Shown in pieces: positions 62,296 through 64,000 of a stretch of DNA of 64,000 bases (the stretch's first letter is position 1; each line of letters begins with the position of its first letter). A program made the translations under genes and the position numbers. Origin of the DNA: Eledone cirrhosa. Lineage: Eukaryota. The stretch is taken from assembly GCA_964016885.1 (NCBI GenBank), contig OZ024743.1, forward strand, positions 212,412,001-212,476,000, in the 5' to 3' direction. Below the pieces are notes generated by a model. That model was given only the letters and a program-made list of their open reading frames with translations, was not told where the DNA came from and did not search any database.

Positions 62296-63420
62296 TATAA
62301 TACGTCATTAATAGGAGCGGAGAAAAACAATTACACGCAAAGACAGAACCACGTTTATAGTATAAAAGAAGTCGTAGACTAATGTTCTCTTAGGTGGTTC
62401 ATAGAGACGTTCTCTGGCAATGAACGGAGATAATATGTCATATGTGAAGCGTGGAGAACAATTGCACGCAAAGACAAAACCACGTATGCACAAAACTTTC
62501 CTGTATTACAGCCCCACATTATACCCTAACGGATAGTGCGATCTGTACGTGGATATTTTACGTCTTGATGTGGTAGCTAAGTATATGTTATGTTTATACC
62601 ATTACTTATTTGCATAGGTAAGTATATATTACCTGTATGTTTTGTGAAGGTACGTATACTTTCTCGTACGTATATTTGATTGTATATGTTATGGCGTATA
62701 TTTTTATATATTCTGGTACACATGCTTTTGGTTATGTGTATACGGGAGTTTTGCGTCTGTGTGAGTATGCGGGTTCGTACGTATGTTGGGTGTGTGTATA
62801 TGTGTACTTACGGGAGTTTTACGTCTGTGTGAGTATGCGGGTTCGTACGTATGTTGGGTGTGTGTATATGTGTACTTCATGTTTTGGTTGACCTACGTCT
62901 CCGAACATTTGTGTATTTACATGTAGGTATGTGTGTGCGCTTGTTATATACGTATTTATTTATTTATATACCTTTATTTAATTACTTATTTATTTGTATA
63001 CACGCACACACACACACACATATTTATATGTGCGTGGTTTTGTATACCTATGGCGAGTGTTTTCGCGTATGCTTGTGTATGTACGTATTTGGATGTGTGT
63101 ATGTATTTATTTAATTTCAATTACCTCTGTATTGTATTTTATTTACTTTATTCTTAACTCTGAAGCGGAGAATCATTCGGTTTCATAGTTAGAATTTTAG
63201 TCTACGACTTCAGCTATACCATTTACGTGGTTTTGTCTTTGCGTGCAATTGTTCTCTACGCTCCACATATGACGTATTATCTTCGTTTTTTTTCCGTTCA
63301 TTGCCAGAGAACGTCTCTATGAACCACCTAACATTAGTCTACGACTTCTTTTATACCATAAACGTGGGTCTGTCTTTGCGTGTAATTGTTTTTCACCACT
63401 CCTATTAATGACGTATTATA
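62296..63420. repeat. Inverted repeat pair of about 190 bp (62296..62487 vs 63227..63420) built from a subrepeat of roughly 125-140 bp
   Basis: ACGTCATTAATAGGAG..GAAGTCGTAGACTAATG..GCACGCAAAGACAAAACCACGTA occurs reverse-complemented on the right. Confidence 0.9.
62741..62877 (+). repeat. Tandem repeat of about 68 bp, two copies
   Basis: TACGGGAGTTTT(G/A)CGTCTGTGTGAGTATGCGGGTTCGTACG.. occurs twice. Confidence 0.9.
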
Positions 63421-63740
63421 TTCGTTTTTTCCTGTTCTTTGTCAGGGAACGTTTCCACGAACCAAAGTATCGTCTTCCTGTCTTCCTCCGGTTGCAACAT
63501 TTTTTGAAACATCCACTTCTGCGTTTACAGATTGACTTTGTTAGTTTCAGAAGATCCCGTTAAGGGTGAAAGCAGCCATTCTTTGCTTAAACTTTAATCT
63601 GTTATTTTAATAAATATTTGCTCTACGGTTCTTATATATTTGATATATATTTATCCTTATCGAGTCCTCTTTGGATTTTAGTCTTCAAATTTATTATTAT
63701 TACTATATATATATAAATATATATATGTATGTATATATAT

Positions 63741-63815
<75 letters not shown>

Positions 63816-64000
63816 GGGGGAAGAATAAGAAATACGAAGTAGTTTCAGATGTTAATGTCCTTTAATGATAATGCTGTGATACATATTTCAATGACGGCAG
63901 TGACCACACGATTCCGTGTACCCAGTGCCGTGACATCATCAGACAGCTTCTTACATAATAAGGTTATGTTCCCGAAGCAATCCAAATTGAATCGACAAGG

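Overview
AT-rich, repeat-dense animal genomic DNA, most likely an octopus or other coleoid cephalopod (inferred from the SINE/RTE repeat families and microsatellite load). Two spliced housekeeping genes lie on the + strand. The first is a complete 12-exon UBXN4/Erasin gene (360..32693, 1497 nt CDS, 498 aa), whose third intron looks like a U12 (minor spliceosome) intron. The second is PSMB6 (proteasome beta1), with 5 exons encoding the whole mature subunit (38497..44768); its propeptide/start exon was not found and may lie in the 200-N gap at 36155..36354. The rest is transposon-derived: a near full-length but broken RTE LINE and many 3' fragments, Tx1/L1, CR1, two Penelope-like remnants, mariner, piggyBac, an hATm-like transposase, hAT and Tc/mariner MITEs, Helitron-like elements, two tRNA-derived SINE families and microsatellites. 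I found no clear new biological system. The best leads are a fold-back element with tRNA-like Pol III promoters in both arms inside an hAT MITE, the U12 intron, inverted repeat pairs in UBXN4 introns (possible ADAR/circRNA substrates), a structured intergenic element, and substrate-pocket substitutions in PSMB6. All coordinates and translations were read by eye, and no database searches were run.
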